This document shows, piece by piece, positions 1-13,582 of a stretch of 64,000 bases of DNA; within the stretch, counting starts at the first letter, position 1, and each line of letters begins with the position of its first letter. The notes under the pieces are model-generated. The model did no database searches and was not told the DNA's origin. It saw only the letters and a list, made by a program, of their open reading frames with translations. Origin of the DNA: Marsupella aquatica (taxonomy: Eukaryota > Plantae > Marchantiophyta); the NCBI GenBank assembly GCA_973895155.1, contig OZ316897.1:17454357-17518356 (forward strand), in the 5' to 3' direction. The position numbers and the translations under genes are program-made.

Positions 1-120
1 GCTGAGATCCCATCTTCTTCCCAGGCCGTTTCCAAAGTGCTTCCTCTACATCCTCAATCAACTTTAAATCCTATGGCTGCAGTCTCAAATCGAAACTTGT
101 CTCAACTTGTTCTGGCCGTC

Positions 121-1014
121 TTATAAATAATTAGATGGAATCAACTCATCTACAGTGAAGATCTTATACATCAGCCGCCTCATTTCTGGTCGTCCTTAGA
201 CTACATCGCCAAGACCATGAATAGCATGTTGCACACTTGTAGTCGCAAAGTTGCGCAGGCGACGGTTTCTCTCAAATTGATCTATACGTTCTTCACCGTA
301 TATGATGTGTTGATGCAATTATTTCTCTCTCAAGGTTCGTCCGCATATCCGATTTAAGACTTCAGAGGAAAGTACCTGCAAGCCACCTGCTTTTCGTGTC
401 CTTTCAGCCCCTCCAATTCTTCATTGTGAAACAAAATCCGGTCCAATGAAGCCTGTTCGAACCAGTATGGGAGCAACTTCTTGCTAGTCAAATTAAAACT
501 CTATCCCTCATTGTTCCTACTCTCTCTCCCTGGGATAATTCTGTAGAAAGAGCTCACAGAGTGCAAGCCCTGTTACAAACTGCCCCAAAAACCAGAGGCG
601 CGAATGCCCTATTCCTACCCATTTAGTTTTACCACGACGAGTGAACTGATAATTGAATGCAAGGAAAAGAAGGAATCTAAAATGGCTGACAGAACTATCT
701 TCCCGAGGCTCTAGAACTTCAAGGTCGTAACCTAAAGCATTCTTCGCCTCGAGGAGATATTCGTCCATCCATTGCTCGTCGTCTTTCGTCAGCCTTTTCA
801 CGGGGAGACACGAGCTCAACAAAGGGAAGGAATTCAGCTGCAATTGCGGCCTCTGAAGGAACCGCTCCGCCAATTTCTGGTCACTCAGCGGCGGCTTCAG
901 GATCAGCTGCCGCAGAGTAGGCTTCTTCTTTTCCTCATGTTGCTTTGGGAGGGAAGGAGGCGACGCGATACTGTCCTCCGCCACAGGATCTGAGAGCGTC
1001 GACAGACTGCACAC
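121..1014 (-). pseudogene. RNC1: RNC1-like (chloroplast RNase III-domain group II intron splicing factor) pseudogene with frameshifts, stops and a large internal deletion
   Basis: ORF 517-1014 reads LILKPPLSDQKLAERFLQRPQLQLNSFPLLSSCLP...WMDEYLLEAKNALGY...GHSRLWFLGQFV...YPRE, matching plant RNC1. It continues through a +2 slip in an AG repeat (~520) and a -1 slip in a T run (~496) as VGTMRDRV..LLPYWFEQASL. After a GT at 375 it jumps to the RNC1 C-terminus LNRICGRTLREK*LH..RNRRLRNFATTSVQHAIHGL..*GRPEMRRLM (357-121), with in-frame stops at 319-321 and 196-198. The 5' end is unresolved. Confidence 0.85.
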
Positions 1015-4000
1015 ATAACTCCCCTTTCGAACTCAGCGTCGATCAAAGTAACCCACACCTTGGAGTCCAGGAAGACCTTGCTGCTCTGCGTGGGGGCACC
1101 ACCCTCGACCTCAGAACCACCACCGTCCTGATTGGAAGCCGCCCGCGCGGTCCTTCGCCTGCTCCTGTCCACATTCCTCACCGCACCTATGAGGATACCA
1201 CCACCACACTCGACCCCGACTCGTCCTCTTCTTTTTGCTCTTAATTTTGATGATAGTTGGCATCCTCTCCCATTGAAGACTAAGCATTGTCATGACGATC
1301 CACAACTACTTGTTTCTGCGTACATGGAAGACCTTCACTTGTCTAAACATGGCATTCCGTGGTGCTGCTACGTTACGCCACTTTAACATTACACTCCCCA
1401 CAAATTCACTCTCTCAATTTTCTCAAGATTCTGCGGAAGCTAAACTCAATATCGCCCACCTTCACCAATCTTGATTGTCGGAGCGTAGAGTTCTGCTTAC
1501 GGTAAAGAGACCAACAAATTGCCTGACTACTCTTCCTCTACATACCCATAAGAGTATGAGAAGATATAGGATCCCCAACCCGCTGGTGGACGGAGCTCGT
1601 GGGTGTGCCATGAGATTGTCGACAACTACTGTACTGTAGCTGAGGAGCTTCTTGTTGCCAAGAATGGAAAAGATGTGGAACCCATTTTGGGCTTCGGCCA
1701 AAGGCAGCAGCAGCGACTGTAGGCAGACACAGGTCGGTGTGTGTTAATTTTTTACGCCCAGGTGGGCATGAGAGTCGGAGAAAGTTGTGTGAACAGCAGC
1801 AGCTGAAGCCCGAGCTGAAGTTTTTGACGCCCTGAACTGATGCTGCTAGACAGCTGCGGCCTAATCACGAAAGACGATACAGTTTTAACAACCGGCCTTT
1901 GTGACAGACACAAGCTCTCTTGAAGCCCAGTAATAAGCAAACCGCCTGCAGTTGTAAACAAATCTCAATACTCAATTTGGTCCCCACCAAACATACAGTA
2001 CCCTTTTTCTCCCTTCGAACATCCCCATTCAATTCATACATCCTCTTCAATCAAGTTGCATGGCCATAAATCAGGACTTACTCATTCAGAAAAAGGATTT
2101 CTCCTTAGTAAACATCTACTGTGGTGCCCAACGAAGGACGATACCGAGTGCTGATAACCGGCTGTTTCAACACAAGTTCTCCAATCCCGGTAAGCAAAAT
2201 GTGAGCCTGTTTAAACGAGAAAATACTGATATATTAGCTAGTCTAATAGTGTATACATTTTCAAAGTCCAAAACATGAAATCTGGTTTAATTAATTATTG
2301 GATTAGTTATAAATTTGAAAGTTTCAAGTTTTTGCACAGGACATGTGCAAACCTGATCATCCCTAGGGTAGAGAGGTTGTTGTTGACCTGACAGTAAGGG
2401 TGACCACTCAGGCCATTACTCCATTCGAGAGTGAGAGTGACTGACCATTGACCACACTATTGGGTTATACTGTATGAACTGGCCCAGTCCAATTTAACCA
2501 TGATCAAGTTGTCGTGTCATCACCTGAGATTCCAGTACAGTATGGTACACTACCCTGTACCAACAATATAATTCCAGAACGGTGTCACATAAGTGACAGC
2601 TAAGATCACTCCAAAGTTGGGACTCAGCACTGTCGCCATGGGCTAACCACAACAAAAATTCTAGTGTTCGACTTCTAGTGTCATGACTTTTATCTCTTCC
2701 TGAGAGGTAAATTGAAATCTCAGCTTTTTTCTTTTCCCATTCTACTTTTTGCCATTGCAATTACTGGAATTTCCATTAGTGAGTTAAATGGCTCCTAGAG
2801 TCGGTCACTTTGTTTTTCCCTGGCACCGTTTTGAAACACTATGGCCAAGAAAATGTTGAATACTTAACAGCTAGTGAATGAAGTAAATGATCTCACAAGA
2901 TGTTATTCAAAAAACAACATCATCACCATCCTTGGCGTTGCCCCCTTGCTGACTCTTTCTTTTTTCGCGTTGAAATTTTGTTGACCGTTTCTCTGATCAG
3001 TTCTCTCGCTAAAGATCGGTATCAGCTGTCATGTCAATGTCACTACTTCCGTATGGTTGCATCCAAAATAATGATTCAGTTGAGCATAACAACCAACCAA
3101 CCCTGCCAAATGCCAAACAGCTGCAATAATCATTCTGGAAAGTCCAACTTGCACTCATGAGTTTCCAGTGTTGTATGGAAAGAAAGAAAGAAAAGAAAGC
3201 TTAGTCCAGATCATAATGCATTGGTTCCTCTGCAATGGACCATGATAGACACCTACAACCCTATTTTTGAGGTGCATCACAATTATCATCTAGTGGAGTG
3301 CACGTTACAAGTCCACAGAATAATAATAAAAAGGAAGTAATTGGCTGTAAACAACAAGTATGGATTTAGCTGCTCTTGAGACCCAAAAGAGAACATGTTT
3401 CTACAAAGAAAATGTAATATTTGAGTTCATCTGAGTTGTTTGTCAAAACACTGTGGTCTATCATTGCAATCTTTTCTAATGACAATCTGGCGCTTTACAG
3501 TATGCAATCAAATTGCTTTACCAACATTTTGAACCAGAACTCCAGAGGGTCAAGTCAAAGTAAATCGAAGGTTTTGTTATGTACAATCCATATCGTTGAC
3601 GAGGAACCTGACTTTGGGCAGGATTGTGGATAGAGATTATTGATTCCAGACCAATCATTTCATCAGTTCATGATTTTTTACTTTCCTTTTCTATTCATTT
3701 GCTTTAGTCGTGATAATGTTTAAGTCAGAGATGGAATCGTTGAATTCTCGGAAGTTGGATTGACACACGATTGCTTGAGTAGTCAGACCTACTCTGTCTA
3801 TCTACTGTTCGTATATATGTGTGAAGACAAAAAGTTGAATTTCATGACAAAAAATAAAATTAGACCTTGTGATACTGACTGTTTCTGTCAAGGCAAATAT
3901 ATCATTCTGACAAGCTTGCTCCTTGATGCCCCTCCGGAAAGATATGATATTGAATGCCAGCTTTGTATTATTAAGAGACTATTAAAAGAATTGCTCAAAC

Positions 4001-4928
4001 ATAGTCCTTAATATGCCGACACATCCTTGCTACCAAACTACACTAAAAAGGTGTCGTGCTTCCATGTCTTTAAGTTTTTGCACTATGGATACATGCATAG
4101 AGAAACCACTTAACAACAATCCCCAAGAGAAGTTCATGTCCATGTCCCTAGTTATGAGAAAAGAGAGCAGGTAATTAAGCCATTTAGTGAGCCTCATTGA
4201 CAGGTTGAACATGCTTTTAGAGACTAAAGAAATTCCAACTTGTGGCAATGCTATTGTAACTATGTTTAAGGAATATTTCTTCCTCATTCTCTATTTTTTA
4301 AAGGGGGAACTGCATTTGAGAGAATAGTGCAACTGGCTTTGAAGACAAGGGAAACCCCGTTATCTGTTTGTATTTTTGAGTTTGTAAGCATTTTTTAGAT
4401 TTGTTTAGGGAACCATTGCATAGCTTGTTTGAGAGGCTTTCCAGTTCTCTTTCCTTTTGTCATTTGCCTACTCCAACGTCTAAATGTTGTCACAATGTTA
4501 TTAATATGATTATTGTGTCATCTATCGTCACATCAATTTGAAGTTGGAGTTCTGGAGGACATTGTGAGATAGTCAGTATGGGTATTAGAGCAATGTTAGA
4601 CATGCACCCCGACTGCGTTGTACTTCAATGGATGTCTCTAATGTTTTCAATATAGTCTCATTTGCAGCCATAATATGTTCATTGAGGTATAGATTTACAC
4701 ATCCAATCTCTTATCTTGTTTTTTCCCAAGTATTTTTACTCATTGGAGACCCACTTCTTATACAGTCATTGCATCCTTAGAGGAAGTAAACCTCTAATTC
4801 TTCTACAAAAGGTACATGTTAGTGGGATCCTTTGGGTGGCCCTCTGTTCTTCATGAACACTATCATGACAAACCAAACATAAAGTGTGTTTAGGATTTTG
4901 GAAAAATCACTGAAAGTTACCTCAATTT

Positions 4929-5272
4929 TTTTGAGCATAGAAGACATTCGCAACACCAAGCCCATGAACCATCCAACGCACAAGAGTCGACACAGAGAGA
5001 TACGTGGTTCACCTCCACATGAGGCTATGTCCACGGGAACACACAAGAGTTTTATTGCACTCTAGGCCGACCGACCATACCAAACATCCACAGCACAAGC
5101 TCTCCCTATCTCTCAACTAGCTCCGTAACAATGAGCCTAAGTTCCACCAGGGCCTGGCATCAGCCCTGGCTTAATACACAACAGCACTACCGCTAACATT
5201 AGCTAAATCGTAACCCGAGTTAGCCTAGCTGTAGTTAGCTCATGAGTCACAAGACTAGAGCAATATCTAACA
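4929..5272 (-). mobile_element. Solo LTR (probably Copia-type), ~344 bp
   Basis: Ends TTTTGAG (degenerate TG) ... CTAACA, flanked by 5-bp direct repeat AATTT (4924-4928 and 5273-5277). The internal TACGTGGTTC..GGCTATGTCCACGG motif resembles plant Copia LTRs. Confidence 0.6.
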
Positions 5273-8247
5273 AATTTCAAATACACACATCCGTTGATAA
5301 AGTTTTTGTGGACCCATGATATGGGATAGTAACACATTTCAAAAGTATTTCCAACCCCTAACTTTTGGAATGTTCCAGGAATATTCTCAGGTTTTTGTTT
5401 TCAAACACCCTGTAATAGGTGAGGACCCCGGGTACATTGTATCACATTTTGGATTCAAAGCACAATTTGAAAAACAAAACCTCATGGACTGGTTTCAGCC
5501 ATCAATGGATTAGAAAAGTTGAACCGGGATAAAACTTTAACCATAGGTGAAATACTCTACTACGTAGAAGCGGGCGTAGAAGCTGCCATCTCCAAATAGA
5601 GTAGTTTTACTTGACCCATTCAAATACTTCATCTTCATGAACAATAGGCAATCCACTCCCTCCTTTTTAGACCATAGAAATGTACTAAAGTTGGATTCCA
5701 AAAGTGCATATAGGAATGGAAATATGCCCAAATCTACCCTGTGTTTGGAATGGGCAAGCTATGTCTATAGTGCTTTGATTGCCTGTACAACAATTAAAAA
5801 AAAACGAAATGCAATGACTGTAACTGTTGTACCTTAAGTATCCTAGCTGAAAACATTCAAAAGCTGGCAAAGGCATTTCTTCAAGAATTTCCCACGGCCC
5901 AGATACAAAAACCTTGTATAAAATGTGACACTAACAAAAGGAACTTGCATCAAGAACATACGTTCAAAGCGCCCTTCAAGAGCATCAAAATTAGAGCCTA
6001 AGAAATGACCATCCTAACAAATATCTTGCAACATGCCAAGGTACAATGGAGGCAACGTCCCTCTACATGACAGTCCTTGCTGAGACTTGATATAAGTGAG
6101 ATGAGAGGTGGTGGTTGTTTCCTGGTCCTGTGCTATATAGATTGCACATTGATCTACCATGGTACATCAAGATGGTAGACGTATTGTGGCTGAAGTTGTA
6201 GTAGCAACCCTTTGCATAAGGGCATCATCAGGATAATGGCGTCACAAGCATGGGTAGGAACAACATGAGCAGTAACGGCAAAAGAAGACAATTATGCAAC
6301 ACGAGATCCCTTTCTCACCCTAGCTAGTGAGATATTTGAGAGATGTCATTTTGTACTTTGTTTTCCCTTATAATAAATTGTGTTTTGTTCATCCCTTATA
6401 ATAAATTGATCATTACTCTCTCCAAGTGGGTCCCTTTTGTAATAAATTGGTCATTTACTCGCTCGGAAGTAGTTTCAGAAAGTTGAATGAGACAACGTTT
6501 TGGTCCACCAAAGTGGCTTTGAACAAAAGTTCACGCCTAGACCATGCACAATTTTACACCTGTACCTTTCCTTTAGTTACCTTCCAAAACATTATTTCCA
6601 TAGGGCGACTAGGTACGAAATAATTCTGTATTGTTTTCTCAAGATTCTATATTGAAATCAAATAGATTCAAGAGTGTATGTATGAGTTACCAAAATTTGA
6701 TAATCAACAAAGGAAGGATTCCGGTGGAACCTGAGAGCTTCTTTGGCAAAGGAACTTGTCAGATTAGCTCCTGTCGTCAAAGGATGTGCCTAATAGCGGG
6801 AAGGAAAGGAATGCTCGTGCAGACATGACCCTACATTTGGTATAATTTCCAACTGGAGCCGAATTTTCTGCATCTGCTCAATTCTCATCATCATTGAAAA
6901 ACACTCCCAAGCTTATTACCTTCCACCTGTTTTAAAGTACATGTAGATCTGACCAAAAATTCACCGACGGTGACTAGCCATTTCATCTACTGGCAGGAGG
7001 GGAGTGATATCATCGAGCTCGGGAAGATCTCATTGAAAAAGGCTCAGAACCTAGAAAACATCCAGGAAAGAGAGTCGAAAATCATGTGCAGAGCTAGATG
7101 ACAGGAACGAGACAGCAAAGTCCAGTTCATTTGCGAGTTTGAGAATATATCTGATCTCTACATAATTCAGAGTGGTCCTATGAACCCTGGAATCTACCCC
7201 AAGCAACTAGATAAATCCAAAACACAAAATAGGTAACAACGAATTGTAACACTCACTGACGGATTGTATCATGGCTAGTCTGGTCTCTAAAGGGACAGGA
7301 GCCCTAGTAGGTTGGGAAGGGTTTTCTCAAAGTTGTCCAAGTGAAAAACAGCGGAAGTTACCTCTCAACATCTATCGTCACGCTCAAAAACAAGCTACGA
7401 TAGACGGACAACCAGACTTAGTTTTGGCATGCAGTCAACACTTTCTGCGCCCAAGAACAGATGATGGAATATGATGGCAGATGCATGTAAGTATTCAGCA
7501 CCATGGGCCATCCAAGAAACACGGCATGTGCACTTTGAAACCATTCGCATTATTTCAATAATCGTAGAACAATTCTAAAAGAGTATCCATTTGAATAGCA
7601 CTTCCAGGAGAGCTATACCAACCGAAGTAACGTTCAGAAGTGCACGCCATGTTTTGGATTCCAATAATGTACACGAGTGCCAGATGTACAACTATGATAC
7701 AGACACTATGAGCTTTGAAGTAGGCACAAAATAAATGGGAACCTAAACTGCCCTGCTCCACTTATAGAGCGGATTGTGGAGCAAAAGGACTGGAGTACTT
7801 GCACTGGACATCAAGTGTTTTTCTTGATTCTGGCTTATAGAATCTTCCTATGAATGGTAGAAGCAGTCACAGAGGGTCTGACCGGCCCATGAATAAGGTC
7901 TTGAAAGGATGCGCAGACAGTTTTTTTCGTATACCAGGTCGGTCTGAGAATTAAATGGTCCCCAATGCTTCTCCATATACGAGTCCCTGAAAAGTGCGGA
8001 GAAGACAACACCTTCGCGAAGCGAGGGGAAAAATAGTGGGTGAAAGTATCCTGACCTGGTTAAGAGATGATGCTGTCCAGGAAGGCCAAAATCCGTGAAA
8101 CGCTCTTTGTCCAAGCATTTAATTCCAAGACGATAGAATCTTTACCATCGCAGCAGCCATTTACGATACCGAGTAGAATCTCTAGCGTCCAAACGTTTGA
8201 TAAGAGTATGTCAAAAGTCTGCCCTTGCAACCATTTACATCACCGAC

Positions 8248-10420
8248 CTAGTAAGCCAACTCTGAACCCCTCAAAGAACAGTGCTTCTTGATCCAAATCG
8301 CAATCTCTTCTGCACATGCCTCCGCCTGCCTGGTGTTAACAAGAATGTCCAAGGTAGCGAACTCATGCACTGCATCCGTATACTCTACCACTGTGGCTTC
8401 CACGTGGGCTTTTCTAAGAGCCTCAGTGTAAGCTATTGCTCTGTCCTTCATCCAATCCAGCTCTGCTACCACCGTAAGAGTTGGAGGCATCTGCTTTGTG
8501 GGAAAGTCTTCATCCACAACAAGAGGATTCGCAGCTGGATGGTCCTCAACAGAATCACTTGGTAAGAATAGCTTCCACGCAAGTAGGCAAGAAGCTTTAT
8601 CGAAGAAGTAAGAGTTGGACAGCTTTATTTCTGATGGAGTAGGCACCTTCCCAAAGAAAAACGGGTACATAAGAGCTTGGCCTATCAATTTGAGAGGATC
8701 CAGTGAACTACGCCCTCTTACATATCGGCGTGCAACATGGTCGGCAATATTACCCCCGTTGCTGACTCCAAGCAGAACGCACCTGCAAAGAAAATCGGGC
8801 TAAAACTCGTCAGGAAAAATAGGCAACTCCTCTAAGATAATTCCAGTTCCAGAGTAGCTTTTCGTCAACTTGTGACGGGAAATAAGCACTATTAATCCGT
8901 CCTCGGTATCAGATATTCATAGAGTTGCAACGAGGAAAGTTGAGGTCTCTCATGATCTGTAACCAATGCAAGACTACGAGACCTCTGCTTTGCGAAAGAG
9001 AACTAAATGGCTATCCTGTGGACAATTCAAAAGGAGGACAAAGTGTCATGGGTTAATCATCCCTAAAATTTACAAGCTGTAGACATCTTCACGCGAAGCG
9101 GTCCAATGTAAAGAGATAAAGGCAAGGCTCCAAAGAACAGCAAGCACTTTTGAGCCTGTTGCCAATCAGACCCCAGTTCCGGGTGGTAAAGACAATTGCA
9201 ATCGCAACATCGAGTACATGCAAAGGTTTATCAATTTCGTCGTACGATAAGCGGGTTTGATCCCCACAAAAACCTCCTCGCCAAAACGGTTGCAATTTCC
9301 GGCAGTTAAAACACTTTCGGCTGTAGTAGTATCCTGGAGAGACTGGAATGCCAATCCCGAGACAACCGAGAATCGAATAAGACTGGAAATGAAAACGTCC
9401 GAGACCATTGAGATGATTGGAGAAACCGCCGAAAGGAGATTAGTATTGTCACTTATCCTTCCCCTCTGCTCCGAGTTAAGGATGTAAGGTCAGAGAGAAG
9501 AGAGGGAAGAGCATTAAACATGATTCTTCACTAAGTCTTCATCACGGATGGTTGGTGTGGAAAGAGATAGTAAAATACCGGGAAGGATCTCCATGAGCAG
9601 CGAGCCAGGGCTCCACAACATTGTCCCCGAACGAATCAACCAACTCTCGGTACATCTCCGAGCCCTTGTAGAGGTAGCCAGAAGGAACATGTTCGAGAGA
9701 TTTGTTGCACTCGGCGAGATTCGCCTGTGTCGCAAGCCACCTCAAAGCTTCGAAGCCATCGTCAAATGCTGCTGGATACTTGTGCTCGGGGGCCAACCTG
9801 TAACCCACGGCGATTACTATGGAATTGCAAAGCTTGGCCATTCTCCTGCAAAACAAGTCGTTCGACGGAGAATCCTTACTGCCTATAACGAACCCACCTC
9901 CGTGAAATTGTAACACAATCGGGAGCTTCTTATGACTCCTCACTGAGTTGGCAGGCAAATAGCCCTGATAACCAGGCGGAATGGTTTCAGCTGACTTCTG
10001 ATCTGCAACCCATCCTCCTCCAGATGTAGGTTTCCTAGCCACGCCTCCTCCACTCCTCGCCTCCTCTCTTCGGTGATTCTGTCCTCTGTTCTCCTCCGTT
10101 TCCCATTCCTTCTCGAGGACCGAATCATGGCCCCGGACGAAGCCTAAAACGTCCGCTGCGGTGACCTGCGCGATTTGATCTCGCGGGAGAACAGTTTGGG
10201 GGAGAAAGATGCGAAGAGAAAGGGAAGTGAAGGGGTCAATGTTGATATCTTTCGTTGCCACTCCGTCCACAAAGGATGCATTGGCTGGTACTCCCGTCGA
10301 ATTTGCCCGTGACGTAACGCCATGTCCATCTTTGTTGCCCGAGACACCGGTCTGGTGCATACGACGTCTCAGTAACAATTTGAAGAACACACTGTACAAC
10401 TTTACGCCGATGCTGGGCAT
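8248..10420 (-). CDS. Carboxylesterase, CXE11/CXE16-like alpha/beta hydrolase (HSL/GID1 fold); exons 10420-9579 and 8782-8248, ~458 aa
   Basis: N-terminus MPSIGVKLYSVFFKLLL..FVDGVATKDINIDP, oxyanion motif HGGGF, nucleophile elbow GVSNGG, ELDWM acid, VHEF His. The GT-AG intron 9578-8783 joins the exons in frame (total 1377 nt). Confidence 0.92.
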
Positions 10421-10955
10421 CTCCACTCGTTCGGTGGTCCCCTGTCTGCCAAACACTCGACTCCGCTTCAGATCGATAATAATTGCTCACAAGAAAGTTG
10501 GAGAGGGAAAGAGAGAGAGAAAACGAGAGAAGATAATCATTCGATCATCTCCACTCATTCGGCGGCCCCCTGTCTGCCAAACACTCGACTCCGCTTCCGA
10601 TCGGTAAGAATTGCTCACAAAAAAGTTGGAGAGAGAAAGAGACGGAAAGAGAGAGAGAAATCGAGAGAAGACAATCAATCGATCATCTCCACCCGTTCGG
10701 TGGTCCCCTGTCTGCCTAACACTCCACTTCGCTTCGGATCGATGATAATTGCTCACAAGAAAGTCGGAGAGGGAGAGCGAGGGAGAAAACGAGAGAAGAT
10801 AATCAAATCACTGGTCATCTCCACCCGTTCGGTGGTCCCGTCTGCCAAACACTCCACTCCGCTTCAGATCGACAATAATTGCTCAAAAGAAGGGCAGAGA
10901 GAGAGGCACAAAGAGAGGCAGAGAGAGAGAGAATGAGAGAAGACGATCAATAGAG
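10418..10955 (-). repeat. Four tandem copies (128-138 bp) of the carboxylesterase 5' leader, each ending in GTGGAGATG
   Basis: Unit CATCTCCAC..TTCGG..GTCTGCC.AACACTC.ACT.CGCTTC.GATCG..AATTGCTCA..GA-rich starts at 10418, 10546, 10684 and 10816. Confidence 0.95.
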
Positions 10956-11328
10956 ACGGACTGGTCAAACGGAGTGGGCGGAGAGGAGAGGAGAGGAGAG
11001 GAGAAGGGAAGGAAGGAGGGGAGTAAGTTGCAGCGATGGCGGAGAGCGCGTGAGTGGAACGATGGCGAGACGAGGTCGGGTGGTGGTCCAGCAGACGCAC
11101 GCTGTTTTGAACGAGGAAGGCGGAAGCGGGCGGAAGCTGAGGAAGGAAGGTGCGCAACACCGAGACTGAGTCTACGGGCTGTGTTCCATTCGCCCCTGTT
11201 TGGCTATTTGAGGCCCACCCCCTTTTGCGACCCCCTCCAGCATTGTTGGAGCGAATCTCGGGCTTATGTCATTTTGGGGTCACCCTCAATAAGTGTCCCA
11301 ACGGGAAGGCAGCCGGCACCTTCCTCTT

Positions 11329-11517
11329 CCCAGTTCCGCCCCCCTTTGAGACTGGTGGGGGCGGTTGCAGGGAAAACCCCCCAGTTCTGCCCCCCTTTTG
11401 ACTCATGGGGGCGGTTGCAGGAAAATCCCCAATTTCGCCCCCATTTCGACTGATGGGGGCGGTTGCAGGGAACATCCTCAGTTCTGCCCCCATTTCGACT
11501 GATGAGGGCGGTTGCTG
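11329..11517. repeat. ~49-bp GC-rich tandem repeat (about 4 copies) with internal hairpins
   Basis: GACT.ATGGGGGCGGTTGC recurs at 11350, 11400, 11448 and 11497. Junctions form GCCCCCAT-loop-ATGGGGGC palindromes. Confidence 0.85.
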
Positions 11518-13582
11518 AGAAAATACTACCTGCACTAGCTTGTCTTTCTTGTGCTCCTTGTGCTGTTGTGTCCACTTGATGGAGCTTTGACTGCAAATGT
11601 CCCCTTCTGTTCCAACTTGCGGCATGAGTTATTTTCTTATCTCGAGGTGCATGCCCATGAATTCTCTCAAAGGCTTCAATTCAAGAGTGGCAGGGCTGAA
11701 AGGAAAGCTTGTCCTTATGGACTTTTGGTTGCAAGTGTTCATTGAATTGAGTTTATTTTGTTTTTGACCATTGAGAAAACTACTTGATGTTTAGTGAGTG
11801 CAATATGAAGCACTCACTCTACCCATCAGTTCCATAGCAGTGAGGCTTGATAAGGTACTAAAATGACGTAAATGACATAAATATGCCTTAAACTTCATCT
11901 TTTATTTTTGTTGAACTCTGAAAAAAGGGGATGGAGTAACGGGCTGGATGGAGAATACATAGCTACGAGCATAAACCCAAATTTGCAATCATTGGTAATC
12001 TGGCCAGGCACTTACAAGGTACTTTTTGCACAGAACTGTAACCAACTGTATCCAAACGTATTTTTATGTGTATTTTTATGTTTTAGTTCAGTCTATCCAG
12101 GTTGACTAGTGTATGGGGGGCTTGAGCAACAATGTATGGGTCCATGGAGGCCTTAATATCAACAAACTAGCATTTCAGGTTTTTAATAAACCCAAAATTG
12201 GCAAACTAGCATTGGGACAGAGTGAAACGACCTATGAATGAATTTCCATTTCAATCTCTCCACACATATGAATGATGTGTTCTGTCTGATTCCCTTCACA
12301 AGTGTGCTTTCATAAATCACAAATAAGCTTGGGAGGGAATGAGAAGGTTTATGTCATTTGGTACAATCTAATACAAAAATTTTTTATCACATCATCAATG
12401 ATGTATAAATGGCTTGATAATTGGGTAAAACAATGATATGGCTGGGACAGAAGTTTACCCTTTACTATATCATTGTTTGGCCCAGGATAATTGTGTCCCT
12501 GTTATAGATCATTATTTAGTCCCACTTGTATCACTACTTTCTGTAGAAAGTATGCATGACTGAGATAGTTCCAAATGATGTTAAGCTTCCCATCTCCTGT
12601 AGTGTATAAAACCAAATTCACATCATCTAAAAAAGCAAAGTACGCCTAAAGGAATAAATGGCCTTACAACCGCTATAATAAATCACAGAATTGACAACGG
12701 CTTTGGAATAACCTGACATGAGGGATAAAAGCAGGGGGAACCTAGGGCAAGCAGGGGTGAGCCTAGGGTAACAAAAACATACCAGCTTCCAAATCCTCGA
12801 GCAAATGGTTCAGGTAGTGCTACTTATTTGAGGTGCTGTGTTTTCCTTTCAGTTAGATTTCCTCAAATGATCCAAACTTAGTATTTTCCCAATTTTTCCA
12901 TTTGATACAAAATTCATATTTTACAACTTTTCCCGTTTCCTATATCTCAGCAGGTCATGAAACTCAAGTTTTGATCTTAGGTGAGATTTCCTTAAGGTTT
13001 AACTTTATGAAATGACACATATATCAATTTTTGTTTGTTTGTTTTCTTTATCTCAGGCTGTCATGAATGTCAATGTTATGTGAGATTCCCAGCAATTTGT
13101 CATCTGAAATGGTGCAGAGATTGATATATTCGTTTCTGTTAGATTCTTTACTTTAAAGGTGCTTGTAAATAGTATGCATTGTAAAGCACTGCAGCCTTTG
13201 CCCTCACTGGAACCATCAGTTCCCATAATAAATCAAATGTGCATGTGCTGCTGACAATCCATTCAAAACAGGTTACATTGAGGAAAAACTCCAATATGTT
13301 TATGTTTGCTCTGTATCTATTTGTTGCATGCACGTGCCTGTCTCACGAACAGAGAGTTGAGAGATAGAAGAAACAAAATCATAACATGAGCCCCTTGGCA
13401 AAATAAATTCATGAAATAGTCAGTGATGAACGAAATGATAGCAGACCAGGGTGGGCAAAACCGTGAAAGGCTAGTTACAGTATCAGCCCTTACTATCTCC
13501 TTACAACTAGAATAACTGCAGTGATTCATGGTTTTCCATCTGGAGTGTTGCTGCCCCCCTTCTTTTCTACCTAAAAAATGGT

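Noticed and set aside
4030-4500. Possible pogo/CENP-B transposase relic
   Set aside because: Only faint words (VVKWF, FKAS); cannot be supported by eye.
6000-6290. Possible degenerate Harbinger transposase fragment (SARTVM*R)
   Set aside because: Too short and too decayed to call without a search.
11329-11517. CRISPR-like array of palindromic repeats
   Set aside because: The intervening segments resemble each other rather than being unique spacers; eukaryotic context and no cas genes.
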